Assembly: GCA_000002435.2 (NCBI GenBank)
Contig: CM018793.1
Origin: Giardia intestinalis
Taxonomy: Eukaryota
Strand: one strand, 5' to 3'
DNA length: 64,000 bases
Under the pieces are notes generated by a model. The model ran no database searches. It saw nothing but the letters and a program-made list of their open reading frames with translations, and was not told the DNA's origin. Shown piece by piece: positions 1 through 8,791 of this stretch. The first letter of the stretch is position 1. Each line of letters begins with the position of its first letter. Both the position numbers and the translations under genes were made by a program.

Positions 1-3000
1 GAAGCTGCTGCGCGGCGTCGCCGTGGTCGGCAATCCCGTCGATCGCCTCTGCAAGCGCCTTCTCGCGGGCCTCGAGCTTGTCTGTAAGGGCGGCGCTTTC
101 GTCCTCGAGATGGCGAATCAAATTGTTGGCATGCTCAAGCTCACGTTCCAACGTATTTGACTTGCCCACAAGAGCCACAATATCCTTGTTGAGCTTATCT
201 CGCTCTGATAATAGAGATGATAACTGTGACTGGAGCCCTGAAATTACTTCAGGATCGTCTCGCTTATTGTCAGTCAACTGAACCCGAAGATCGTCAAGTT
301 CGCGCCGCAACTGAAGCCTCTCATCGTCTGCGCTGTTCAGAAGGGCAGATAACTTGTCCCTAACATCTTCCAATTCACAGATCTTTTCTTGTAAACTTTC
401 TCGATCCAGTTTGAGCATGGAGATCTGCTTGTTCAGTTCGATAGTAGCTTTATCTGCAAGATGAAGATTATCTATGATAGCATCTTTCTGAGATAATTCA
501 TCTTTCAATTGTTTTAGTTCTGCTTCCTTTGTATTGAGAGAATCAAGTGCAAGATGAAGTTCATCCGTTAGTGCCCTAATGCGATCATAGAGCTCCGTTA
601 TCTTGTCAGCATTGTCTGGCGACTCAAGAGATGCGTATTGCGAATCCACGACACTTGGTGCATGAAGAAGCGAATCCTGTGATCCACGTATTTTTTCTTC
701 TTGCACTGCTTGTAAGTTGCTCAATTTGGACTTGAGTTGACTAATTTCATCCAAAAGCATTGCGACGGTTTGGGATTGATCGACTGGTGCTCGTAGAATC
801 GCGGACATCTGCTCTACACGATCACTCAACTGCTCGAGATCTTTTTGGTGCCTGCGCATTAGGTTCTGATTCTCTTTGCGAGCCATCTCTGGGTCTGCAA
901 GCGCGTCTCTGCAAGCATCAAGAGACGCTACTGTGTTAGCTAAGTACTGCTTCACTACTTGATATGTTGGTTCCTTCGTGGAGAGTTCTGTCAAGACCTC
1001 TATCTCTTTCTGTGCGTGTTCAAGCCGGGCTCGCAAGTCCAGCAGCTCATTGTTGGTCTTCCTTTTGGAGGCAGTATAAGTGGCATCGGCATCTGCCTTT
1101 TCCTTTCGAAGAACTCCTAATTTATCGGATAGATCTTTAACCTTTTGTTCGTTGGAAGAGTTCTCAACTGAAAGCTTATCGTAAGCGCGTCTAATATCAA
1201 CTAGCTCGGCCTCCTTATCTAGAAGCTTATTTTGGGAAGCTGCGCATGTACTCATTGCTGTCTCAAGTTGTCGCTCCAGAGGATGAATTCGTTCATCCTT
1301 CTGCTTAAGCAAGGCCTCTAGCGAATTCTGTTCCTTGATAAGCGCGTTATTCTGCTCTTTAACGTCTTGGAGAGACTTAAGCAAAGCTTCATTCTTTGCT
1401 ACTAAATCAGCAAATTGTGGCGGTATGGGTTGTGGCGCAGATGTCTTTTCGAGATCAAGGATGTGGCGGTCTTTTTCACGTAGCTCAGCAGTAAGATTGT
1501 CAATGACCAGCTTGAGATGTTGGAGCTCAAGAGCTGCAGATTTATTTGCTTCGTTAGGTGCCGCCTCCTTATAAGTCACCAATAAGTTGTTCATGTCATC
1601 TATTTGTTTGTTCTTCTCAGTAAGCTGTGCTTTTAGATGCTGAATTTCTCCAAGAAGTCCCGTTATTTCCGACTGCAACTGGTCGATGGTGGCAAGGTTG
1701 CTCTCCTGTATCTTAGAACCAGATTTATTTAAGCGTAAAATTTCATCTGCCAGTTCCTTGATCTTCTGGTTGCGTAGCTGAATGTCATCCTCCTTAGAAA
1801 ACAGTGCAGATTGCAGACGGTCGACCTCATTCTTCAACTCATTGAGCTGTGCCTCCATAACTTTTATTGTCTCGCCATCTGAATCACTATCAGATTTATC
1901 GTGGCTTCTACTCAATAATTGCTGCCGAAGATCGAAGATTTCATTGTCCTTGTTTTCTATGTTAGCTGACATCTTCTTCAACGTGTGTCGGAGTGCGACA
2001 TTTTCGTCCTTGAGTTTTGCAACTTCCTTTCCTGCCAAATCACGCTGAGTAGCGCTTGCTGAAAGAGCCGCCTTAGATTGCTCTGAAGACATGCTAGTAT
2101 CTACTAGCTCGGCTCTCAAACGGCGAATGGTTTGATTGGCGTTGTCTAGCTTCTGCTCTAGGCCTAATATGTCACTGCGCAAGGTGTCGATTTCACGGTC
2201 CTTGGCAGATCCGGTGTCCCTGAGTTTCGCCAAGAGAATGTTCTTCTCTACTGCATCATCCTTGAGCTGATGGATTAACTGAGCCATCCCATCAGCGTCT
2301 TTGTGGAGCCGGTTGATCTCTTGCTTAAATGCATTAACTGCCGCTCCATGCGGATGGCTTGTTGCGTCATTGATGCCTGCCCTGAGCTCACTGATCATTG
2401 CAGCCTTCTTGGTATTGTCCTGACGAGACTCATCTAACTGAGCCTGCAATCTAATAATCTCCTGATTCATCTGATTGACTTGATTTTGAAGTGCCTGATT
2501 CTGGACGATTATTATTGAAGACTCATCGTTCAAAGAGGCAATCTTGCGTTCCATCTCAGTTATCTTTCTCTCAAGATCGCCTTCTATTTGGGATCGGCTA
2601 AGCATAGACAGGTCCACATTGCGACCCGGGAAATCTTTCACTATATCTACAATAGAACTGGATAAACCAAAAGAGCTGACAGTTGGGTCATCCTTACTCA
2701 GCTTTGCGGGGTCGGGAATGAGATCTGATACTACTTCTGGTAGTAGGTGAGACTCTAGAGGGTAGAGGATGCGTGCAACATCCCAGTGCTTATTCTGAGC
2801 TGCTAAAATAAGGGCTGTCTTGGCATCCTTAGAGATGTGCTCCTTCTCTCTCAACACAAGATGCTGTGCTGCCTCAAATTGTCCTGCTTCTGCTGCATAC
2901 ATTAGCGCCGTCCTGCCCATTAGATCAGTGCGACATTTCTGATAAGGTAGAAGGTTTATCGTCGAGTCGACTGCGCCAGCAGCTGCAGCAAGCATCAACG

Positions 3001-3301
3001 GCGTGCGCCCGTCTGGTAGAACAAGATTCATTTCATAGGGAACAAGGCGTTTGCAGGCCTCCCCCTCATTGCAGACAGCAGCAAGCATAAGGGCAGTATA
3101 GCCATCGTTGTTAACTAGAGAGTGCTCAAAGCAGCCTAAAAGACGAACCATTTCAATGTCACGGTTCCGGACGGCGTGCATGAGTGCAGTTTCCCCTTGA
3201 CGGTCAACGGACTTCTGGTAGGTGGGAAGGTTATACCTAACTGCCTCTACGTCGCCATTGTTAACACACGCGAACCATGCCTCCTTCGAATCCAGAAACA
3301 T
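1..3301 (-). CDS. Ankyrin-repeat plus long coiled-coil protein (Giardia 'protein 21.1'-like). 5' start at 3301 (ATG as cat 3299-3301). 3' end truncated by the window edge, more than 1100 aa in window.
   Basis: Manual reverse-strand translation from 3301 gives MFLDSKEAWFACVNNGDVEAVRYNL..GETALMHAVRNRDIEMVRLL..GYTALMLAAVCNEGEACKRLVPYE..GRTPLMLAAAAGAVDSTINLL..GRTALMYAAEAGQFEAAQHL (ankyrin repeats). It then runs as an uninterrupted heptad-rich E/K/L/Q coiled coil down to position 1 with no stop. It is absent from the ORF track only because it lacks an in-window stop. Confidence 0.85.
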   Translation of the reverse strand, partial: MFLDSKEAWFACVNNGDVEAVRYNLPTYQKSVDRQGETALMHAVRNRDIEMVRLLGCFEHSLVNNDGYTALMLAAVCNEGEACKRLVPYEMNLVLPDGRTPLMLAAAAGAVDSTINLLPYQKCRTDLMGRTALMYAAEAGQFEAAQHLVLREKEHISKDAKTALILAAQNKHWDVARILYPLESHLLPEVVSDLIPDPAKLSKDDPTVSSFGLSSSIVDIVKDFPGRNVDLSMLSRSQIEGDLERKITEMERKIASLNDESSIIIVQNQALQNQVNQMNQEIIRLQAQLDESRQDNTKKAAMISELRAGINDATSHPHGAAVNAFKQEINRLHKDADGMAQLIHQLKDDAVEKNILLAKLRDTGSAKDREIDTLRSDILGLEQKLDNANQTIRRLRAELVDTSMSSEQSKAALSASATQRDLAGKEVAKLKDENVALRHTLKKMSANIENKDNEIFDLRQQLLSRSHDKSDSDSDGETIKVMEAQLNELKNEVDRLQSALFSKEDDIQLRNQKIKELADEILRLNKSGSKIQESNLATIDQLQSEITGLLGEIQHLKAQLTEKNKQIDDMNNLLVTYKEAAPNEANKSAALELQHLKLVIDNLTAELREKDRHILDLEKTSAPQPIPPQFADLVAKNEALLKSLQDVKEQNNALIKEQNSLEALLKQKDERIHPLERQLETAMSTCAASQNKLLDKEAELVDIRRAYDKLSVENSSNEQKVKDLSDKLGVLRKEKADADATYTASKRKTNNELLDLRARLEHAQKEIEVLTELSTKEPTYQVVKQYLANTVASLDACRDALADPEMARKENQNLMRRHQKDLEQLSDRVEQMSAILRAPVDQSQTVAMLLDEISQLKSKLSNLQAVQEEKIRGSQDSLLHAPSVVDSQYASLESPDNADKITELYDRIRALTDELHLALDSLNTKEAELKQLKDELSQKDAIIDNLHLADKATIELNKQISMLKLDRESLQEKICELEDVRDKLSALLNSADDERLQLRRELDDLRVQLTDNKRDDPEVISGLQSQLSSLLSERDKLNKDIVALVGKSNTLERELEHANNLIRHLEDESAALTDKLEAREKALAEAIDGIADHGDAAQQL

Positions 3302-3306
3302 TTTAA

Positions 3307-3313
3307 ATTCACT
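3307..3313 (-). promoter_or_regulatory. Candidate Giardia-type polyadenylation signal (AGTGAAT on minus strand) downstream of the NEK kinase stop.
   Basis: The plus-strand attcact at 3307-3313 is the reverse complement of AGTGAAT (consensus AGTRAAY), about 28 nt 3' of the stop at 3341-3343. It overlaps the first codons of the next gene. Confidence 0.4.
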
Positions 3314-3340
3314 AAACTGAGCGCGGAGCTCTTTTTTTGA

Positions 3341-4795
3341 TCACGAGTAATCGTCGGCGGAGACGAGTAGCCGACAGAGCCCGAGGCATGCGTCACCCTT
3401 TTCGCCTGCTATCCGCTCAAATATCCACGATAGAAGCTCTGTCTCCCGGTCCCACGTCGTGCAGGAGTTGTCTGTCCACGCTGTTTTAGACTTATATATG
3501 TCGTTAAAGTGTGGTGGTATGTCCAACAACGTAATGTCTCTGAGCATATCTACATCTTGAAATGAGTATGTTAGGCGTACGATAGAAACCAACTGACTTG
3601 CAACGGTACTATCATGGTCCACCAGGAGCACGAGCTGTGAGAAAATGTGTGACAGAATTGGATCTGAGTTGTACTTGAATGCAGACGACGCACTCTCTGG
3701 TATATCGCCTGTCATCCGCCTGCCTGTGGAATATGTGGGGGAGGCCCCGCCTTGGCGAATACTCTGTATAGCGTTGTTTTCTGCCTCTACTCCTTGCTTA
3801 ATGTAAATATTTATCTTGCTCGTATTGCTAAATATATCTGCCTCGGAAATGGCTTGATCTGAAATACTCTTAGAAAGCCTAGATGCAAATGCATTCCCTA
3901 CTGCTGCTGTGGGAGGATCAAATGACTCTGGATGAGGTAGGTTAAGCTCGAAAATAAATGGTGCAATCAGATCATGCCCACAAAGCTGGGCAGCAGTCAT
4001 CCGCTGATCTGGGACCTGATTCAATAGGTTTAGACAGATATCTCGCAGCTTGGACGAGTATATTCCGGGCAGCTCGGGAACCTTACCGGAAACGATCTTC
4101 ATTATGAGGGTGTTAATGTTCTTGGCTTGAAACGCTGTTTTAAGGCAGAGTATCTCGAAGATCATGCACCCAAGTGACCACATATCAGACTGTGAATTGT
4201 AGGAAGTCCCCTGAATCAGCTCTGGAGACATATAGAGGGGAGAGCCTATGAATGTGGAGGCCATTGAGCCGGGGTTTATCGTGCGTGCTATTCCAAAGTC
4301 ACCTATATGCACATTGAGATCCTGATCAAGGAAGATGTTTTGAGACTTCAGGTCTCTGTGAATAAGCCCTTTGCTATGAATGTACCAGAGAGCAGATGCA
4401 AGCTGAGCAATCCACCGTAAGACCTGCGACTCCTCAAAGTGCATTTGGCTCTTGTGATGCCTCTTGATCAGTGAAGTGAGCTCCCCATGTTCGCAGTATG
4501 TCATCGCAATATACAGAAAGCCGTCCTCCTTAAAGGACTCTATGCCACGAACAATATTAGGATGGTCCATGGTCAGTAGGATAGCAGATTCTCGCTCTGT
4601 GTTCCGGACCTCTGTGTCCTGCATATCTTCCATACTAATCTCCTTTATCACAACGTGTAAGCCTGTGCGCTTATCACAGCAGAGGAAGCATTCCCCAAAG
4701 GAACCCTCCCCTATCTTTCTAATAACGGTGTAATGCTCCATGAGAGAATTTACCTTTGAATTGCCCTTCCTATTTTTTGCCCGCTTTGCTCCCAC
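3341..4795 (-). CDS. NEK-family Ser/Thr protein kinase, catalytically competent. The true start may be the internal Met at 4741 (MEHYTVIRKIGEG).
   Basis: Gly-loop IGEGSFGE, VIKEI lysine, HRDLKSQNIFL catalytic loop, DFGIAR, SPE/MSPELI APE-like motif and DMWSLGC subdomain IX. C-terminal ~200 aa non-kinase tail. The first ATG at 4795 would overlap the NOG2 stop by 26 nt. Confidence 0.9.
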   Translation of the reverse strand: MGAKRAKNRKGNSKVNSLMEHYTVIRKIGEGSFGECFLCCDKRTGLHVVIKEISMEDMQDTEVRNTERESAILLTMDHPNIVRGIESFKEDGFLYIAMTYCEHGELTSLIKRHHKSQMHFEESQVLRWIAQLASALWYIHSKGLIHRDLKSQNIFLDQDLNVHIGDFGIARTINPGSMASTFIGSPLYMSPELIQGTSYNSQSDMWSLGCMIFEILCLKTAFQAKNINTLIMKIVSGKVPELPGIYSSKLRDICLNLLNQVPDQRMTAAQLCGHDLIAPFIFELNLPHPESFDPPTAAVGNAFASRLSKSISDQAISEADIFSNTSKINIYIKQGVEAENNAIQSIRQGGASPTYSTGRRMTGDIPESASSAFKYNSDPILSHIFSQLVLLVDHDSTVASQLVSIVRLTYSFQDVDMLRDITLLDIPPHFNDIYKSKTAWTDNSCTTWDRETELLSWIFERIAGEKGDACLGLCRLLVSADDYS

Positions 4796-6983
4796 TGCGT
4801 GCCCTCACATTGGCGTAGAATTGGCTCCCAGTCTTTCCATGATCGTACCCGCCCCTGTTGCGTTTGGGAGTCTTCTGCTTTTTATAGGCTCCGGAGACCA
4901 TGATGAGGTCGTCATCACCGACAACCCCAGACAAGTATGCCCTTGTGAGCTCGCGATTCTTAGTCCTCAATAGCTTAACAGCCCTCTTTATTCCCTCGCT
5001 TGTCCCGTGGTGCTTCTTGGGCTTTGTCTTGGTATTGACAACTTCCTTTGCTTGAGCAGCTGCTACCCGCTCACCTACTGTCATTGACTTTTCAGCAGTA
5101 GTACTAGATAGCTTCTTCTTCTTAGATGCGGCTTGAGCCGGCGTGTCTCCTTGTCCAAAGACACTGTCCCAATCATCTGCCAGTCCTGTCTCTCCATCAG
5201 GGGCGGCGTCGCTCAGGTTAACCTCGTTGCTCTCAGAGTTGTTATCTATCTCAGCAACATCTCGGACGGGGCGTGATGTACCGTGGACCTCCTCCTCTTC
5301 AGACTCGGAAACCTCCTCCAATCGGTTATTGATCGCAAATGCATCGTGGACAATTTCCTCCTCATTGAAGTTGAGAGTCTTAGGAAGGAGCATTAGGTCC
5401 TGCGTATTTACGTAGTTTATGAGCTCCACATCTGTCTTGTTTCCCCACGCCTTACGCTCCTTTCCAATCGTGGCATTGTACTCATCAACCTCTTCTCGCG
5501 TGTAGGGTATAACAAAGTGTGGTATCCGTCCTCTGATAAAGTCCTCAAGGATTCTCCTTGCCACAGTTCGTGTATCTGGCTCTCCTCCCTTTAGAAGTCG
5601 GCCCTGTTTGAAAGCAAGGATTTCCAGTAGCTTGTCTACGTCTCCGTCCCACCGCTCATCCACGTTAGAAGCAGGGCGAATATTATATGTCTTGTTGATG
5701 TACTCCGGCTTCACACGCTGAAGTATGCAAGGAATAAACTTCTCCGGGAATTCCAAATACTCTGCGCGTAGAACCCCCGAAAGGACGAGGTGTATGTCTG
5801 TAGTATTTATATAGTTAAAATCGTCGATAGCTGAGCGCGCAGCGGTCGCTCGCCCTTGCGAAAGGTCAGTTCCTGTGTCATAAAGATTGCGCAGCTCATT
5901 CGGAAGCTCCAGTTGATTAGTAGCCCAAACGACACCCGGGGCATCAATGAGATTTATTCGCTTGGTCAAAGATACATATTGCCAGACCTTCGTCTCGCCT
6001 GGAATTGGCGCAGTCTTACAACTATGCTTCCCTAGCAAAGTATTTATAACAGATGACTTCCCAGTGTTCGGGTATCCGCAGAAGCCAACGGATATCTGTG
6101 CTTTGTCCCTATGTAGCTGAGCAAACTGGCGTAGAATAGAAAATACCTCATTGCGGCCGAACGGATGCTCAATGGATGCGTGGAAGGCAATTGTAGGTCT
6201 AAGCTTTGATAGTTTCGATATCCACGATGCAGTAACCCACGTTGGGACCAAATCGCACTTATTAAGCAAGTATATCATGTGCCTGTGCTCGTTCTCTGGT
6301 GTCATCATGTACCTCTCTAAAAATCTGGAGCGCGTGCCTTCTGGGTCCCGCGCATCCAGGACGTAGATGATGACATCTGAACTATCAATTACTTTGTATA
6401 TTTCAGAATAAATCCTATTTGTCTGACCTCTAATTAGTCGCGGATCGTACTCTGTCCTAAAGGCCGTCTTACGGAGCTCCCGTTGGCTCACCGTATTACC
6501 GTCTTTATCAATATCGTAGTTAGTTACTTCACTGTGTGCCGTGGACAGTATTTCTTCCGGGTTGAACGTGGTCAGTTTGCTCCTTTTCCGCTGAGCCTTT
6601 GGCCCAAAAGTGAGATGATAGGGCTCTATCTCCTGGATTCTAACAGTCTCCTGCTTTACATCATGTATAAGGGCGGTCGGTAGACGCTTGTTACGCACCA
6701 GAAATGTGTTTGGATTGTGTTCTTCGTTGGCAATCACCTCTCTCATCTTTGCAAGATCCTGCTGCCCAACGACACGTGTGTTTCCAAACCAATTCCTGGA
6801 TGGTTCAATCCGCCCGTCGAGCTGGGCAGTAGGGTTGTGATACTGTTCGTGGAGAATCTTACCTTTCTCGTCGCGCACAGGTCGAGTGTTATACATCTTC
6901 AGCCGCTTGATTGTCCGATTTGTGCGGATATTGCCCTTCTTGGCGGTCTTGCGGCCTACTATGGATGAAGCCGAGGAAACCAT
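4770..6983 (-). CDS. NOG2: Nucleolar GTP-binding protein 2 (NOG2/GNL2/NGP1), a circularly permuted GTPase involved in 60S ribosome biogenesis.
   Basis: N-terminal NGP1NT-like block (IKRLKMYNTRP..GRIEPSRNWFGNTRVVGQQDL) matches human GNL2 RRLNMYRQK..RVEPNIKWFGNTRVI. GTPase motifs are in permuted order: G4 LLNKCDLV, then G1 GFCGYPNTGKSSVINTL, then G3 IDAPGVV. C-terminal acidic/basic low-complexity tail. Confidence 0.9.
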   Translation of the reverse strand: MVSSASSIVGRKTAKKGNIRTNRTIKRLKMYNTRPVRDEKGKILHEQYHNPTAQLDGRIEPSRNWFGNTRVVGQQDLAKMREVIANEEHNPNTFLVRNKRLPTALIHDVKQETVRIQEIEPYHLTFGPKAQRKRSKLTTFNPEEILSTAHSEVTNYDIDKDGNTVSQRELRKTAFRTEYDPRLIRGQTNRIYSEIYKVIDSSDVIIYVLDARDPEGTRSRFLERYMMTPENEHRHMIYLLNKCDLVPTWVTASWISKLSKLRPTIAFHASIEHPFGRNEVFSILRQFAQLHRDKAQISVGFCGYPNTGKSSVINTLLGKHSCKTAPIPGETKVWQYVSLTKRINLIDAPGVVWATNQLELPNELRNLYDTGTDLSQGRATAARSAIDDFNYINTTDIHLVLSGVLRAEYLEFPEKFIPCILQRVKPEYINKTYNIRPASNVDERWDGDVDKLLEILAFKQGRLLKGGEPDTRTVARRILEDFIRGRIPHFVIPYTREEVDEYNATIGKERKAWGNKTDVELINYVNTQDLMLLPKTLNFNEEEIVHDAFAINNRLEEVSESEEEEVHGTSRPVRDVAEIDNNSESNEVNLSDAAPDGETGLADDWDSVFGQGDTPAQAASKKKKLSSTTAEKSMTVGERVAAAQAKEVVNTKTKPKKHHGTSEGIKRAVKLLRTKNRELTRAYLSGVVGDDDLIMVSGAYKKQKTPKRNRGGYDHGKTGSQFYANVRARSGSKAGKK

Positions 6984-7155
6984 GGAGCCTAAAGAATCTT
7001 TTTACATCGAATCTTATTGCATTCAATCTTCTGTCCGAAGTTATTGCCAATTTAAGTGTAATTTCCATAGTATGTATTTTCAGATATGTAGATTAGCCTT
7101 ACTGTAAAAATAAATATGAACAGTTAATTGTGTTAAAGATCCAGTAAAAAACTCA

Positions 7156-8778
7156 ATGATACTTGCTGTGGCTTCTCTTCTTACAGCGAGTTTAACTAAC
7201 AACATCACGATTGGTGTCCGCGAAGGAAAATATGACGAGTCAACCCCAATACAGTTTGAAGAATTTGTCAATCTCAACTTCTCAACCAATGCACTTTACG
7301 TTCCTTTTCAGTTTAAGCACACAGACTATGCGTACATGCAGGAAGCGCTCCCGATCATACTTAGCCGAGGACGCATCCCCCTATTAATATGGGACATGAG
7401 CAACTCCAAGGAACTAAACAGTGTTTACGAAAGCATCACGGATGGAAGCCAAGATGCTTATTTGAACTCCTTTGCTGATGCAGTTCTGGGTTCATTAGTC
7501 AAGGACACCGTTGTGTATGTGGCCCTGGGAAACGATATCAATACTGAAGACAGCTACTGGCGTAAGAATCCAGAGCTGTATATGCAAACAGTAGACTATG
7601 TCGCAAACAAGCTTCGCATCCGTACAAGGCTTGCGCAAGCTGCTCATGCAACAGAGCACTACCCTACGTATGAGTTCGTATTGCCTCTGGCCGTGAACTA
7701 TAAGCTTTTGCCCTCTAGCTTCGTTCCTAATGCCACGGCATATAACTATTCGCTTGTCACTGTTAGCAACTTTGGAGAGCCGGAGTGGAGCGACGCGTTG
7801 GATCTTATGATCAAGGTAGACAGTATGCTGCAGCAGAGTGAAGACGTCTTGGCCACAAAAGTCTTCATTATAGCGCGCACTGTAAGTGACAACGATACAG
7901 CAAAGAAGGCCGATTGGATAAGCGACCTAGTGGACGCGACCGTTGAGCGATGCCTGCGTATCCCTGTCCTCATCCTAGATAACGTAGAAACAGGAAAGGA
8001 TACAGGTTACTTCATGTCGGTGAATGGCGACAAGGTTGTAGGCCAGAATTCTAATGGAAAGGACCTGTTCTCTTATTGTCGCCTTCCGGACATTTTAGCT
8101 CGTGACGGAATCCACTCCTGGGTACCAGAAGAAGTAGATTCTCCTGTAGATCCACCGGTGGAGCCTAGTGATTGCAAAGCCGGTGAGCAACTAACTGATG
8201 ACGGAGTTTGCGAACCCTGCCCTGCCGGAACTGCATCCAAAGCGGGGTCAGTATGTACTCCATGTACACCAGGAACATATCAACCCAACTCAGGGTCTGG
8301 TACTTGCATCAATTGCTCTGCTGGTCAGTATCAGGATAGCTCAGGGAAGACATCATGCTTAGCTTGTTCCGTGGGCAGTTACCAAGGACTCCAAGGCGCT
8401 GAGACCTGCATCCTATGTCCACACGGACAATATCAACCAAGTCAGGGCCAAGTTGCCTGCATTCGATGTCCCGGTGAGACGACCACAGACAAGGTAGGAG
8501 CCACCTCAAGGGAGTCTTGTGTTTGTGCAGGAACCGTGGGATTTAATGAGACTTCTGGTAAGTGTGAGGTTTGCCCCAGTGGTCAGTACAAACCGCTGCT
8601 TAGTAACATATGTACAGATTGTCCAGTTCCTGATTGCAAGTGTGACAACGGAGGAACCTTCAATACTCTTACAGGACAGTGCGAAAACAACACATCCAGC
8701 AGCTTCACTAGGACTTCAGCAGCAATCTTTGTAGCAACCATTGGTGCCATTTGTGCCATTGCAGCCATTTATAGCTAG
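7156..8778 (+). CDS. Secreted or type-I membrane cysteine-rich protein. Signal peptide, a ~330-aa Cys-poor N-terminal domain of unknown function, then ~200 aa of tandem CxxC furin/TNFR-like repeats and a C-terminal TM helix. It lacks the VSP CRGKA tail.
   Basis: N-terminal MILAVASLLTASLTNN hydrophobic leader. C-terminal repeats CEPCPAGTASKAGSVCTPCTPGTYQP / CINCSAGQYQD / CLACSVGSYQG / CILCPHGQYQP / CIRCPGETT. Terminal hydrophobic AAIFVATIGAICAIAAIYS. Confidence 0.75.
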   Translation: MILAVASLLTASLTNNITIGVREGKYDESTPIQFEEFVNLNFSTNALYVPFQFKHTDYAYMQEALPIILSRGRIPLLIWDMSNSKELNSVYESITDGSQDAYLNSFADAVLGSLVKDTVVYVALGNDINTEDSYWRKNPELYMQTVDYVANKLRIRTRLAQAAHATEHYPTYEFVLPLAVNYKLLPSSFVPNATAYNYSLVTVSNFGEPEWSDALDLMIKVDSMLQQSEDVLATKVFIIARTVSDNDTAKKADWISDLVDATVERCLRIPVLILDNVETGKDTGYFMSVNGDKVVGQNSNGKDLFSYCRLPDILARDGIHSWVPEEVDSPVDPPVEPSDCKAGEQLTDDGVCEPCPAGTASKAGSVCTPCTPGTYQPNSGSGTCINCSAGQYQDSSGKTSCLACSVGSYQGLQGAETCILCPHGQYQPSQGQVACIRCPGETTTDKVGATSRESCVCAGTVGFNETSGKCEVCPSGQYKPLLSNICTDCPVPDCKCDNGGTFNTLTGQCENNTSSSFTRTSAAIFVATIGAICAIAAIYS

Positions 8779-8791
8779 GTATTTACAAATC

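Noticed and set aside
3281-3292. cttcgaatcc, resembling a tRNA T-loop (GGTTCGAATCC).
   Set aside because: It lacks the GG, has no flanking acceptor or anticodon stem complementarity, and lies inside the first codons of the 21.1-like CDS.
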